64,000 nt of DNA from an uncultured delta proteobacterium (GTDB taxonomy: Bacteria; Myxococcota_A; Polyangia; Polyangiales; Polyangiaceae): positions 288,001 through 352,000 of the forward strand of contig CAVQUB010000009.1 in assembly GCA_963716725.1 (NCBI GenBank), written 5' to 3'. A program made the translations under genes and the position numbers. Under the pieces are notes generated by a model, which saw only the letters and a program-made list of their open reading frames with translations, searched no databases and had not been told where the DNA came from. Shown piece by piece: positions 48,732-58,988 of the stretch; the first letter of the stretch is position 1; the number at the start of each line of letters is the position of its first letter.

Positions 48732-51332
48732 TCAGGGCGGAGGCATCAGGATCTCGCGATCCTTTGCCCCGTTCGGCGGCCCCACCAGACCCCGGCGCTC
48801 CATGACCTCGACGATTTTGGCCGCGCGATTGTAGCCGACGGTCATCTTTCGCTGAAGCCAGGAGGTGGAACACCGGCGTGTCTCCTGCACGATCCGGACG
48901 GCCTCCTCGAAGCGCGCATCGATGGCCTCGTCGGCCTCTTCTCCGTCCGCGTCGTCGCCGGCGGCCAGGATCTCTTCGTGGTAGATCGGGCTCCCCTGCC
49001 GGCGCACGAAGTCGGTGAGCGCGGCGACCTCTTCTTCGCTCACGAAGGGACACTGGACTCGTCGCGTGTCGGTCGCGCCGTTCAGCTTGACCAGCATGTC
49101 GCCTTTGCCGAGCAACAGCTCGGCGCCTTGCTCGTCGAGAATGGTACGACTGTCGACCTTCTGCGCGACGCGGAAGCCAATGCGCGACGGGAAGTTCGCC
49201 TTGATCATGCCGGTGATCACGTCGACGCTCGGGCGCTGCGTCGCGAGCACGACGTGCATGCCCGCCGCGCGGGCCTTTTGAGCCAGGCGCGCGACGCACA
49301 CCTCGACCTCTTTGCCCTGCTGCATCATGAGATCGGCGAACTCGTCCACGACGATCACGATATAGGGCAGCTTGTGCGGCAAGAGCTTGCCGTCGGAGCC
49401 GTCCTTGGCGACCGGAACGCTGACCATCGATCCGTCGGGCGCAAGCGCTTCCACCTCGTCAGGCGCAGGTGCAGGCGCCTCGCCAGACACGACCCGCTTC
49501 ACCCATGCGTTGTAGGTCGCGATGTTCTTGGTGCCGGCGTTGGCGAAGAGTTGGTAGCGGCGCTCCATCTCGTCAACGGCCCACTTGAGCGCCGTCGCGG
49601 CCTTCTTCATGTCAGTGACGACCGGCAAGAGCATGTGCGGAATGCCGTCGAAAGGCGCCAACTCGACCACCTTGGGGTCGATCATGAGAAAGCGTAGCTC
49701 TTCGGGGCTGCGACAGAAGAGCAGGCTCGAGAGCATCACGTTGAGGCCGACGCTCTTGCCGGCCCCGGTCGCGCCGGCCACGATCACGTGGGGCATGGAC
49801 GCGAGATCCGCATAGAACGGCACGCCGACGATGTCGCGCCCGAGCACCACCGGTAGCGGGGCCTTCTCGGCCAGCTTCGCGAAGTGTTTGTCTTCAATCA
49901 GCTCGCGCAGATTGACCGGGATCCGCTCGTCGTTGGGGATTTCGAAGCCGATGCGGTTCTTTCCTGGGATGGGCGCGACGATGCGCACCGTTCGCGACAG
50001 TCCGAGCGCGAGGTCGTCGGCGAGGCTCGCGACCTTGCTGACCTTGGTCCCGGGCTCGGGCGCGACTTCGTACATGGTGACGGTCGGTCCGGGGTGGACC
50101 TCTTCGACGCGCACGGACACGCCATAGTCTGCGAGGGTCTTCTCGAGCAGCGACGCGTTCTGACGGATGCGCTCCTTGTCGACATCGCTCTGCACGTGAG
50201 TGGAGACGGCGAGGAGGCTCGCCGCCGGAAACGCGTAGCCCGGGGTGTTTCGCGGGCTCGGCCCGCTGCCGACCTTCACGACCTTGGCTTGGTGGGACTC
50301 GACGATGACGAGCCCCGCTGGCGCCGTCTTCGCTTTGTCGACCTTCGCGCGCGCCGGGGGTGGCTCGGCGGATTCTGCCAGGGCGACCTCGGCCAACTCC
50401 GGGGTCGGGGGGCTGGCGGCCTCGACCGGGACCGGCGAAGGGACCACGTCCACCGGGCTCGCCGCCGGGGTGAGCAGCGCCTCGACCGGACCACCCGCTC
50501 GAGCTCGGCGAAGCGCGGTGGAGACGGCGATCGGAGGCGTGCATGTGGTCTCCGGGGGTCCGAAGAGTTCATCGTCGATCAGCTGCGCGATGATCGCCTC
50601 GTCGGTTTCATGGGAGGTGATCTGCGGTGCGGCGGCTTCGATGCGCTGCGCCCTCTCCTCTTTGCGCAGCTCCCGAGCCTCTAGCCATGCGATGCCCATG
50701 CGCCGCGACGTGGCCCGCGCGCGTTCGGCGACGATGGCGAGGATCACCCCGGTCTTCTGCACCAGGCCAATGAAGGAGAAGCTGCTGCGCCCGATCAGGA
50801 TCAAACCCACGACCGTCCCACCCACCAGGAAGGAACCGACCGACGAGAACAGGCCGCGCGCCAGCTCGCCGAACACCAGCCCAACGTTGCCGCCGGACGG
50901 GACCCGTCCGAAGACCAGGAGCTCGGGCGCGGCCACGCGGACGAGCGAGGCGATGACGATGGCCAGTACCAGATCGCCGGCCACTCGGAGGCTGGCGGAC
51001 CCGATGTCTCTGCGTCGCAGGAGCGGCAGCCCAATGAGCGCGATCTCGAGCGGCACGAGCCAGGCAACGACGCCGAAGGCGCGGACGAGGATGCTGGCGA
51101 CGAATGCTCCCACCGGACCGACCCAGTCGCGACCAATGACGGTGGGGTCGTTCAGGTCGAGCCGGAAGCTGGCCAGCGCGAGGCAGAGGAAGCAGGACAC
51201 CGCGAACAGCAGCAGGGCGGCGGCCTCGCGGCCCCTCCGGGCGGACAGGGTCGGCGAACTCGGCGCGCGCTCCGCTGCGGCGGGCGGCTCCGGCGCTGGC
51301 GCGCGGCGTGGCGAAAAGGGTCGGGCGCCCAT
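48732..51332 (-). CDS. ftsK: DNA translocase FtsK
   Basis: N-terminal TMs; MPHVIVAGATGAGKSV, VVDEFADLM, ATQRPSVDVITG, gamma domain S.S.LQRK..VGYNRAA. Confidence 0.97.
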   Translation of the reverse strand: MGARPFSPRRAPAPEPPAAAERAPSSPTLSARRGREAAALLLFAVSCFLCLALASFRLDLNDPTVIGRDWVGPVGAFVASILVRAFGVVAWLVPLEIALIGLPLLRRRDIGSASLRVAGDLVLAIVIASLVRVAAPELLVFGRVPSGGNVGLVFGELARGLFSSVGSFLVGGTVVGLILIGRSSFSFIGLVQKTGVILAIVAERARATSRRMGIAWLEARELRKEERAQRIEAAAPQITSHETDEAIIAQLIDDELFGPPETTCTPPIAVSTALRRARAGGPVEALLTPAASPVDVVPSPVPVEAASPPTPELAEVALAESAEPPPARAKVDKAKTAPAGLVIVESHQAKVVKVGSGPSPRNTPGYAFPAASLLAVSTHVQSDVDKERIRQNASLLEKTLADYGVSVRVEEVHPGPTVTMYEVAPEPGTKVSKVASLADDLALGLSRTVRIVAPIPGKNRIGFEIPNDERIPVNLRELIEDKHFAKLAEKAPLPVVLGRDIVGVPFYADLASMPHVIVAGATGAGKSVGLNVMLSSLLFCRSPEELRFLMIDPKVVELAPFDGIPHMLLPVVTDMKKAATALKWAVDEMERRYQLFANAGTKNIATYNAWVKRVVSGEAPAPAPDEVEALAPDGSMVSVPVAKDGSDGKLLPHKLPYIVIVVDEFADLMMQQGKEVEVCVARLAQKARAAGMHVVLATQRPSVDVITGMIKANFPSRIGFRVAQKVDSRTILDEQGAELLLGKGDMLVKLNGATDTRRVQCPFVSEEEVAALTDFVRRQGSPIYHEEILAAGDDADGEEADEAIDARFEEAVRIVQETRRCSTSWLQRKMTVGYNRAAKIVEVMERRGLVGPPNGAKDREILMPPP

Positions 51333-51514
51333 GTAGGGTACTGACCTACATCAGGTACCCAGACTGGGAAAATAAGCTGCGGACTGGCCCACCCGACGCC
51401 CGTTCAGTACCGAAATCTTCAGCCCGGAAGTCCGCCGTTCCCTTGAGTCGGGTTCGGCCGAACCTGTACACTCCTGCCTCTTCGATCCAGAAGCAACTCG
51501 GGCGGGCCCCTCGA

Positions 51515-53164
51515 ATGGCAAGGTACGCGAAAACGAAAAGGTTCTCGGCGAAGCTCGGCGCAAGTTGGGCACGCACGCTCCAGCTGGTCACCCTCGGTGC
51601 TGCGATCGGCATCGGAGCGGCCTCCCAGGGGTGCCGCACGAGCAACGACGACATCGATCGATGGACGACCACGGCTCAAGGGCCACGCAAGCTCGTCGCG
51701 GTGCTGACACACGACAAGTATCCGCTCGAGATCCGCGTCGAAGCGGCCATGGGCATGGTGCGCATGAAGGCCCGAGGCGGTCGGCGCATCGGCATCAACG
51801 GGCAAGACGACCAACCGGGGCTGCTCAGCGCACTCGAGTCGATACCGCCTGCCGTGCGTGAAAAGATCGTGTCGCGCATGGTGCCGCGTCTCGAAGCCGA
51901 AATGAAGAAGGAGCCGCCGAAGGCTCAGGCCGGGCAAACAGCCCCGGCCGATCCCAGCTTCGATCACAAAGACGCGGCCTACGCTCTGCTCACGCACAAC
52001 GAGGGAACCCTCGTTCAGAGCGAAGAGATCAAACAACGCCTGCGAGTCGCCTTGATCGATTGGTCGATGACCAACTTCGCGGATCGCCTCGAAGAATCTT
52101 CCCAGCTCTACGGGGTGGAGCAGGTGTTGCGATTCCTCGGCTCCGAGGGTGTGGCACGCCTGCCCCCGCAGGTCGTGCCGGGGGCCAAGAAGCTGGACCG
52201 AATGGCAGATCTCATCGCCGAGCTGGGTGATGCCAAGACCAAAGCGGCCGGCAGCCAGCAGCTGGTGGCCATCGCGAAGGACATCTCTTCGGATCACTGG
52301 GTCCAGCAGAAGTCGCCCTTGGTCGATGCCGCGAACAAGGCGAGCAAGCTGAACCCCAACCCCGAGCAGTTCAAGGCGCAGCTCGATCAGTATCAAGAAG
52401 AAGAGCTGCTCCGCGTGTTCGCCTCCATGAAGAAGGTCGGCCAACCGCCGGCCGTCGAATACCTTCTCGACTTCGCCAAGAACGACAAGAACGAGAAGCG
52501 GCGTGCCGCGGCCCTGGCAGCCCTCGAGGGCAACCTCGACAAACACGACGCCAAGCACGTCACGAGCATCCTCGACATCGCGTCGGGGGCAGACACCCCC
52601 CTCACGGTGCGAGACATCGCGCTCCGACGGGTCGGTGAGCTGCCTCGCAAGCAGGTCGTCGAGCGGCTCTACGGGCTCTTCTCCAACGACAACTGGAAGA
52701 TCCGCTGGGTAGCGGCCGAGCTCGTGCTGAAGATGAGCGACACGTCCCAGCTCGACGAGTTCATGGGCAAGCTCGCGAGCGTCCGGCACATGGCCCTCAC
52801 CGAGCCGCTGCGTTACGGCGCGCTGATCGGCGAGATGAAGGGCAAGGACAAGCCCGAGAGTTCCGTGCGACGGCTGTTGGGGCGCGATCAGGCGGTGCCC
52901 GTACGTCTCAGCGCACTCGGGTTCTACTACGAGTGGGGCGGCAAGCCGGACCTCTCGAAGATCGAGGGCCTGATGAGTGATCGCGCCAAGGTGCCCAGCT
53001 GCAGCGAAGGCGCCGAGGACTGCGAGTGGCAGTGCGGCGTGGGTGAGGGCAAGAGCCAAGAGCTCAAGGAAATCAAGACTGTCGGAGACTTCGCCCAATA
53101 CTGCGTCAAGCCAGCGATGGAGAAGCGCGCGGTGGGCAAGAAGGACGAAACCAAGGGCAAGTGA
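51515..53164 (+). CDS. HEAT/ARM-repeat-like lipoprotein
   Basis: Possible lipobox SQGC; helical repeats (VRDIALRR, IRWVAAEL); start uncertain. Confidence 0.7.
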   Translation: MARYAKTKRFSAKLGASWARTLQLVTLGAAIGIGAASQGCRTSNDDIDRWTTTAQGPRKLVAVLTHDKYPLEIRVEAAMGMVRMKARGGRRIGINGQDDQPGLLSALESIPPAVREKIVSRMVPRLEAEMKKEPPKAQAGQTAPADPSFDHKDAAYALLTHNEGTLVQSEEIKQRLRVALIDWSMTNFADRLEESSQLYGVEQVLRFLGSEGVARLPPQVVPGAKKLDRMADLIAELGDAKTKAAGSQQLVAIAKDISSDHWVQQKSPLVDAANKASKLNPNPEQFKAQLDQYQEEELLRVFASMKKVGQPPAVEYLLDFAKNDKNEKRRAAALAALEGNLDKHDAKHVTSILDIASGADTPLTVRDIALRRVGELPRKQVVERLYGLFSNDNWKIRWVAAELVLKMSDTSQLDEFMGKLASVRHMALTEPLRYGALIGEMKGKDKPESSVRRLLGRDQAVPVRLSALGFYYEWGGKPDLSKIEGLMSDRAKVPSCSEGAEDCEWQCGVGEGKSQELKEIKTVGDFAQYCVKPAMEKRAVGKKDETKGK

Positions 53165-54054
53165 TGGAATCGTCGGATCCGAACAAGAAAGCCCCGCGTA
53201 CGTTTCAGTGCCGCGAATCGCTCTGGCACAAGTTCGAACAGATGGCGCGCGAGCTCGAATGCTCCGTGGACTACCTGATCAACGACGCGATGAAGCAGTA
53301 CGCGCGCCAGCGTGGTTACAGCAGCACGGCAGTCCCCGCGACCATGGGTGCGCCGCCGCCTCCGCCGCCGCCAGCCGGTGGGCCGCCCCCGATGCCCGCG
53401 GCCGCGGCGCGGCCCTCGGCGCCCGCGCCGCCGCCCCCGCAGGCCCGCGCGTCGGTGCCGCCTCCGCCGCCTCCGCCGCCCCGCGCCGCGTTCTCGTCGA
53501 ACGCCGGAGCGCCACCACCCCCACCACCACCACCCCCACCTCCTCCTCCGGCCACGACCGGCGGGTCGGTGGCGCGCCGGGCGCCTGCAACAGCGGGACC
53601 GCCTCCTCCGCCTCCGCCACCCGGACCGCCTCCTCCGCCGCCGGCCCCTCCCCGAGGCGCTGGACCGCCGCCTCCGCCACCGCCGGGACCTCCAACCCTG
53701 AGCCGCGGCGGGCCGCCGCCGCCGCCACCCTTGCCGCGCTCGGCTCCGCCGCCACCGCCGGCGCAGCAGTCCTACGGCACGCTCAACATCTACTATTCCG
53801 GCGAGCGCTTCCCGATCACCAAGGACCGATTCATCATCGGCCGCGGCAAGCAGTCGAGCGACTTGACGATCAAGGATCCGAACGTGTCGCGACAGCACGC
53901 CATGGTCGAGTACTTGAACGGGCAGTACTACATCGTGGACATGGGTTCGACCAACGGTGTCGAGTACAACGGGCAGCGCGTGCAGCGCAAAGTGATCAAC
54001 GAAGGCGACCACTTCAAGGTCTGCGATCACGAGCTCAGCTTCAGCTACGCCTGA
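53161..54054 (+). CDS. Ribbon-helix-helix - polyproline - FHA protein
   Basis: RTFQCRESLWHKFEQMARELECSVDYLINDAMKQYAR; ~140-aa Pro tract; IIGR...SRQHA...DMGSTNG. Confidence 0.88.
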   Translation: MMESSDPNKKAPRTFQCRESLWHKFEQMARELECSVDYLINDAMKQYARQRGYSSTAVPATMGAPPPPPPPAGGPPPMPAAAARPSAPAPPPPQARASVPPPPPPPPRAAFSSNAGAPPPPPPPPPPPPPATTGGSVARRAPATAGPPPPPPPPGPPPPPPAPPRGAGPPPPPPPGPPTLSRGGPPPPPPLPRSAPPPPPAQQSYGTLNIYYSGERFPITKDRFIIGRGKQSSDLTIKDPNVSRQHAMVEYLNGQYYIVDMGSTNGVEYNGQRVQRKVINEGDHFKVCDHELSFSYA

Positions 54055-54091
54055 CCGGCGCCGCGCCAGCAGCTGAACGAGGTCGTCGGGC

Positions 54092-54997
54092 ATGCACGTT
54101 GCGGTCATCGGCGCTGGAGCCCTGGGCCGTGTCTTCGGCGTGCTTCTCGCCGACGCCGGCCAACGCGTCACCTTCGTCGTTCGTCCCTCACGGGCCGACG
54201 AGACCACGCCCTTCGTCATCGAGCGACGCAACGGAGACCGGCGAAGGCGCCAGATCAGATCCCCCGTCCGAGCGATCGACATCCCGCAGGACGCGGCTCT
54301 GGTGCTGCTCGCCGTCCGCGTGGATCAACTCGATGACTCGATCGAAGGCCTGATCCGCAGAGGACCGGCGGTGCCCCTGGTCTCGCTCACGCCGCTCCTG
54401 CCGCTGACGCTCCAGCGGGTGAGCGAGTGGACGTCCGGTCGGTGCTTTGTGGCAATGCCCAGCTTGGCGGCGAGCGCTCGGGCCGACGGCACCGACGACT
54501 ACTGGGCGTTCCGGCTCTCGCCCAGCCTGTTCGAACCCGGCGCGCCCGAGGTCGCCGGCCTGGTCCAGGCGCTGGTCGACTCCAAGCTGCCCGTTCGCCT
54601 CGCGCCCGACGTTCGGACGAGAAATCCGGCCCTGACCATGGCGTTCTTTCCGATCACCGTGGCGGTGAGCCGGGCGGGCGGCATCGACGAGCTGCTCCGC
54701 GACGCGCCGCTGGCGGAGTTGGGGGCGCGCGCGACGCGCGAAACCCTCCAACTGGCCCGCGAGGTAGGTCCCATCGACACGGCGGTTGCCATGGCGCTCC
54801 GAGCGTTGACGCCACGCACGCTGCGCGGCGCCTTTTTGCTGCTCGTGAGGCTTTTCCCCCGAGCCACCCGCTTCGTGGATACCCACTTCGGGGACAAGCT
54901 CGGTGACCAGCATCGCCGGATCGGCGCTGAGATCCTGGAGCTCGGCGAGCAGCACGGCATCGAGCTGCCGAGCCTCGGGCGGCTGCTCTCCACGTAA
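54092..54997 (+). CDS. Ketopantoate-reductase-like Rossmann protein
   Basis: MHVAVIGAGALG...VTFVVR; C-terminal G..HGIELP; catalytic residues not evident. Confidence 0.65.
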   Translation: MHVAVIGAGALGRVFGVLLADAGQRVTFVVRPSRADETTPFVIERRNGDRRRRQIRSPVRAIDIPQDAALVLLAVRVDQLDDSIEGLIRRGPAVPLVSLTPLLPLTLQRVSEWTSGRCFVAMPSLAASARADGTDDYWAFRLSPSLFEPGAPEVAGLVQALVDSKLPVRLAPDVRTRNPALTMAFFPITVAVSRAGGIDELLRDAPLAELGARATRETLQLAREVGPIDTAVAMALRALTPRTLRGAFLLLVRLFPRATRFVDTHFGDKLGDQHRRIGAEILELGEQHGIELPSLGRLLST

Positions 54998-55034
54998 GTT
55001 CTCGCGCCGGGCACCAGCGCGCTAAACTTCAACC

Positions 55035-56279
55035 ATGCGCCGCGTCGCGCTCTTGCTCACCGCCTTCGCCTGGCTCCGACCGGCCTTTGCCCAGTCGCTC
55101 CCATGGATAGAGGGAGGCGTCCCGGTGCCGACACGCATCGCGAGCGTCGAGATCCCAGAGAAAGACGAGCCGCTGTATCTGCGCCCCAACCCCCGCGCCG
55201 CGCGGCGCGGCTCCGCCGAGATGGGTGCTCGGCTGCCGCTTTATGCGGCGAAGCGCGGCGCCGGGTGCCGCGGCTACTGGTTGATGGTCGGCCCCCTCGC
55301 GTGGGTGTGTCAGGATCGCGTTCGCCTCTCGAGCGATCCTGCCGTGGCCGCGCGGCGCACGCCGCTCTCGATGCCCGAGGGCCTGCCCTACCGCTACCAC
55401 TTCGTCGGCCGCAACGGCGCGCTGGGCTACCGCACGCTGTCGATGGCGGAGGAGGTCGCGCCCGATGCCGAGCTCGAACCCGGGTTCTCCATCGCCGTCG
55501 TCCATGTGGCCAAGCGCGGCGGTGATCCCTTCGCGTTCACGACCAAGAACCTCTGGGTTCCACTGCGCGATCTCGGGCCGGCCCGCGCGCTTCCCTTCCA
55601 AGGGGCCGAGATCGCCGATGGCAAGCTGAACCAGGCCTGGGTCTTTGCCGATCGCGCCGAAGTCTTCGACAAACCCGGGGGCACCCGCTCGAAGTCCGAG
55701 GTTCGACCGCAGTGGGAGCGCCTGGAGGTGCTCGACACCGTCGAAAAGAAGGAGCATCGCTGGTTCCGAATCGGAGAGGGGCGCTGGGTCAGCGATCGTG
55801 ACGTGCGCGCCCCGACCAGCGCCCCGATTCCGGGCGACGCCGCGGCCGGTGAACGCTGGATCGACGTGGACATCGCCAATCAAGTGCTGACCGCCTACGA
55901 AGGCGAGCGGCCGGTGTTCGCGACTCTTGTCTCCACCGGCAAGGGCAAGGGCAAGAGCATCCTGGCCACTCCCGTGGGTTCTCATCGGATCTGGGTGAAG
56001 CTGCTCTCGAGCGACATGGACAACCTCGAGAACGAGGAGGCCAGCCGCTACTACGCCATCCAAGACGTGCCCTGGGTCATGTATTTCGAGAAGGGCTACG
56101 GCCTGCACGGGACGTTCTGGCACCGCTCTTTCGGCCGCATCCGCAGCCACGGCTGCGTCAACCTGAGCCCGCTGGACGCGCAACGCCTGTTCAACTGGAC
56201 GGGACCGACCCTTCCGGCCGGCTGGACCGCCGCGCTGCCTTCGCCCTACGACCGAGGCACCTTGATTCGAGTGCGTTGA
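55035..56279 (+). CDS. L,D-transpeptidase (YkuD)
   Basis: WIDVDI..Q.L.AY; VSTG; TP.G; LHG.FWH..FG...SHGCVNLS. Confidence 0.92.
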   Translation: MRRVALLLTAFAWLRPAFAQSLPWIEGGVPVPTRIASVEIPEKDEPLYLRPNPRAARRGSAEMGARLPLYAAKRGAGCRGYWLMVGPLAWVCQDRVRLSSDPAVAARRTPLSMPEGLPYRYHFVGRNGALGYRTLSMAEEVAPDAELEPGFSIAVVHVAKRGGDPFAFTTKNLWVPLRDLGPARALPFQGAEIADGKLNQAWVFADRAEVFDKPGGTRSKSEVRPQWERLEVLDTVEKKEHRWFRIGEGRWVSDRDVRAPTSAPIPGDAAAGERWIDVDIANQVLTAYEGERPVFATLVSTGKGKGKSILATPVGSHRIWVKLLSSDMDNLENEEASRYYAIQDVPWVMYFEKGYGLHGTFWHRSFGRIRSHGCVNLSPLDAQRLFNWTGPTLPAGWTAALPSPYDRGTLIRVR

Positions 56280-56307
56280 ACACACGGTTTCGCATTAGTA
56301 TCTCCCC

Positions 56308-56763
56308 ATGAGCTTCGAGATCGGGCGGGACACCGTGCTCGCGCTGGTGGCCGTGGCATGGGCAGACGGCAAGGTCGATCCCGCCGAGGCGGCAGGGATC
56401 CGCGGGGCTGCGCAGCAACTGGGTCTCTCGGCGGACGACCTCAAAGTGGTGGAAGCGGCCCTGGGCCGCGAGTTCTCCATGAACGAGGTGGAGACCGTGC
56501 ACATGAACCGCCACACCCGCCTGTTCACGTACGCGGCAGCCACCTGGATCGCGAGGATCGATGGTGGCATCGCCGGCGCGGAAGAAGCCGTGCTCATGCT
56601 CTTGGCCGACCGCCTCGGGCTATCGCAGGTCGCGCGCGAAAATGCCAAGACCGTGGCGCACGGGCTGCGCGTCGGTCCCCCGTCGAATCGACCGGGCGGC
56701 TTCGATCTGGTCGCGCTCAAGTCCCGGCTCTCGGCCGGGCTCAGCCAAATCGGCGACGCCTAG
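56308..56763 (+). CDS. TerB-like / DUF533-like protein
   Basis: AVAWADGKVDPAE and IARIDG....EE...L.LLA..LGL. Confidence 0.75.
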   Translation: MSFEIGRDTVLALVAVAWADGKVDPAEAAGIRGAAQQLGLSADDLKVVEAALGREFSMNEVETVHMNRHTRLFTYAAATWIARIDGGIAGAEEAVLMLLADRLGLSQVARENAKTVAHGLRVGPPSNRPGGFDLVALKSRLSAGLSQIGDA

Positions 56764-56765
56764 CG

Positions 56766-58463
56766 ATGGTCTCCATCGTCCACGCGGCTCGTGATATCGC
56801 GCGGGTTCGCCAAATCTCCCTGGTGCTCGTGCGCCACGGCTTCGGAGAAATCGCCCGTCGCGTCGGCTTCGGTCGCGAGAAGAAGGCGAAAGAACACGGC
56901 CCGACGGCAGACGACGAGATCCCCGCCGAGGACGAGGCGCGTGGCGCCCAAGCGCGGCAGCAGACCTCCACGGCCGTGCGCGCCCGACGCGTGCTCGAAG
57001 ATCTCGGACCGTCCTTCGTTAAGCTCGGTCAGATCGCATCGACGCGCGCCGACGTCTTGCCGCCGGATTTGCTCACCGAGCTCAAGAAGCTCCAGGACTC
57101 GGTGCCCGAGGTACCCTTCGAGCAGATCAAGGCGCAGGTGGAGCGCTCACTCGGAGCGGAGCTCACTGAGGTCTTCGAGAGCTTCGAGTCGAAACCCTTG
57201 GCCGCCGCCAGCATCGCGCAAGTACACCGCGCCGTGCTCAAGGGCGACGACGGCCCTCTGGACGTGGTGGTCAAGGTACAGCGGCCCGGCATCGCCGAGA
57301 CCATCGCCAGCGACCTGGACCTCTTGCACACCTTCGCGGCGCTGATCGAGCGGACTATCCCGGAGAGCAAGATCTACAACCCCGTGGGCTTGGTCCAGCA
57401 GTTCGACAAGGCCATCATCGCCGAGCTCGACTTCGCCACCGAAGCCGACAACGCCGTGCGTTTCAGCCAGAACTTCGAGTCGTTCCGCAACGTGCGCTTC
57501 CCCAAGGTCTACAAGCAGGCCTCCAGCAAGCACGTGCTCACCCTGGAGTTCATTGACGGCAAGAAGGTCTACGACGCGCTCAGCGCGGGCTACGACGGCA
57601 AGAAGCTGGCGCGGATCTCCCTCGACGTGATCGTGAAGCAGATCTTCGAGGACGGCTTCTTCCACGCCGACCCCCACCCCGGCAACGTGCTCGTGCTCGG
57701 CGCCGAAGACGACCCGATCTTGGTGATGATCGACCTGGGCATGGTGGGACGCCTGTCGCCTCGCATGCGGGACCTGACCGTGGACGTGATGGTGGGAGCG
57801 GTGCGCCGCGACTACGAAGCCATCGCCGATGCGATGTACGCCATCGGCACGCCCACCAAGAAGATCGACATGGAGGCCTACCGCGCAGAGGTGGGCATGC
57901 TCAGCGAGAAGTACCTGGGCAAACAGCTGAAGGACATCGAGCTGTCGGCGATGATCCGCGATCTGGTGCAGGGCGCGACCAAGTACGGCCTGGAGATCCC
58001 TTCGGACTTCATGTTGGTCGGCAAGGCCTTGATGACGGTCGAAGGCGTCGGGAAAGAGATCGACCCCGAGCTCGACGTCTTCGAAGAAGCGAAGCCGCTC
58101 TTCGTCGAGATCCTGCGCAAGCGCTACTCCCCGGAGCGGCTCGGCAACGAACTCTTGCGACGGCTCGAGAAGCTGAGCGGCGCGACCTACAACATGCCCC
58201 AGCAGCTCCAAGAGGTGCTGGACGACCTGCGGCTGGGGCGGCTGAAGATCCACACCACCGACGCGGGCCGCGCCAAGGCCGCCGACCGCCTGGGCCGCCG
58301 GCTGTTCTCGGCAATCATCGCGGCGGCGCTGCTGCTCGCCGGCTCCTGGCTCGTGGCCTCAGCTCGCGAGATCGCCGGCTACCTGCTGATCAGCGCGGCC
58401 TTGGGCCTGCTCGGCGGGCACGTTGCCCTGGATGCCGGTCGGGCGTTTCGCCTGAAGAAATGA
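56766..58463 (+). CDS. ABC1/UbiB-family atypical kinase
   Basis: LGPSFVKLGQ; AAASIAQVH; VVKVQRP; FFHADPHPGN; DLGMVG. Confidence 0.93.
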   Translation: MVSIVHAARDIARVRQISLVLVRHGFGEIARRVGFGREKKAKEHGPTADDEIPAEDEARGAQARQQTSTAVRARRVLEDLGPSFVKLGQIASTRADVLPPDLLTELKKLQDSVPEVPFEQIKAQVERSLGAELTEVFESFESKPLAAASIAQVHRAVLKGDDGPLDVVVKVQRPGIAETIASDLDLLHTFAALIERTIPESKIYNPVGLVQQFDKAIIAELDFATEADNAVRFSQNFESFRNVRFPKVYKQASSKHVLTLEFIDGKKVYDALSAGYDGKKLARISLDVIVKQIFEDGFFHADPHPGNVLVLGAEDDPILVMIDLGMVGRLSPRMRDLTVDVMVGAVRRDYEAIADAMYAIGTPTKKIDMEAYRAEVGMLSEKYLGKQLKDIELSAMIRDLVQGATKYGLEIPSDFMLVGKALMTVEGVGKEIDPELDVFEEAKPLFVEILRKRYSPERLGNELLRRLEKLSGATYNMPQQLQEVLDDLRLGRLKIHTTDAGRAKAADRLGRRLFSAIIAAALLLAGSWLVASAREIAGYLLISAALGLLGGHVALDAGRAFRLKK

Positions 58464-58500
58464 AAAAGCCGCCGACGCGCGTTCGGGGCCGCGCCGGCGG
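58463..58500 (-). terminator. Intrinsic terminator of the atp F0 operon
   Basis: Minus strand CCGCCGGCGCG...CGCGTCGGCGG followed by CTTTTT. Confidence 0.7.
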
Positions 58501-58594
58501 AGATTTCTATCGCCGAGGTGTCGGCGCGATCGCGCGGCCCGAGGTCGATGCCGGAGCATCGGGACCTCGCGCCGCTACGCTCGCGGCGAGCCGC

Positions 58595-58924
58595 TCAGAT
58601 GACCTTGCCCTGGAGCAAGAACGCGATGGCGAAGGCGAACAGCACGAGCGACTCGATCAGCGCGAGACCCAGAATCATCGGGGTCTGGATGCGCGCTGCA
58701 GCGCCCGGGTTACGGCTGATGCCCTCGAGAGCTGCGGCCGCAGCGCGACCCTGGCCCAAGGCGCCACCGAGCACCGCGAGGCCGATCGCGAGACCGGCCG
58801 CGAGCGCGGCCATCGACTGCGCCGAGAACTTGTTGGCGGCCGCGCCGCCGTCCTGGGCGAACGCAGTCGAAGCGAAGAGGGTGACGAGCGACGCGACGAC
58901 AAGCGCCAGCTTCTTCTTGGACAT
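58595..58924 (-). CDS. atpE: F0 ATP synthase subunit c (with N-terminal signal-like extension)
   Basis: [20 protein letters not shown] loop, ALIES. Confidence 0.95.
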   Translation of the reverse strand: MSKKKLALVVASLVTLFASTAFAQDGGAAANKFSAQSMAALAAGLAIGLAVLGGALGQGRAAAAALEGISRNPGAAARIQTPMILGLALIESLVLFAFAIAFLLQGKVI

Positions 58925-58988
58925 TGACGAGTCTCCTTTTTGGGGGCGGGGCGGCTCTAAGCCGAATCTTTCGAGAAATCCACGGAAA

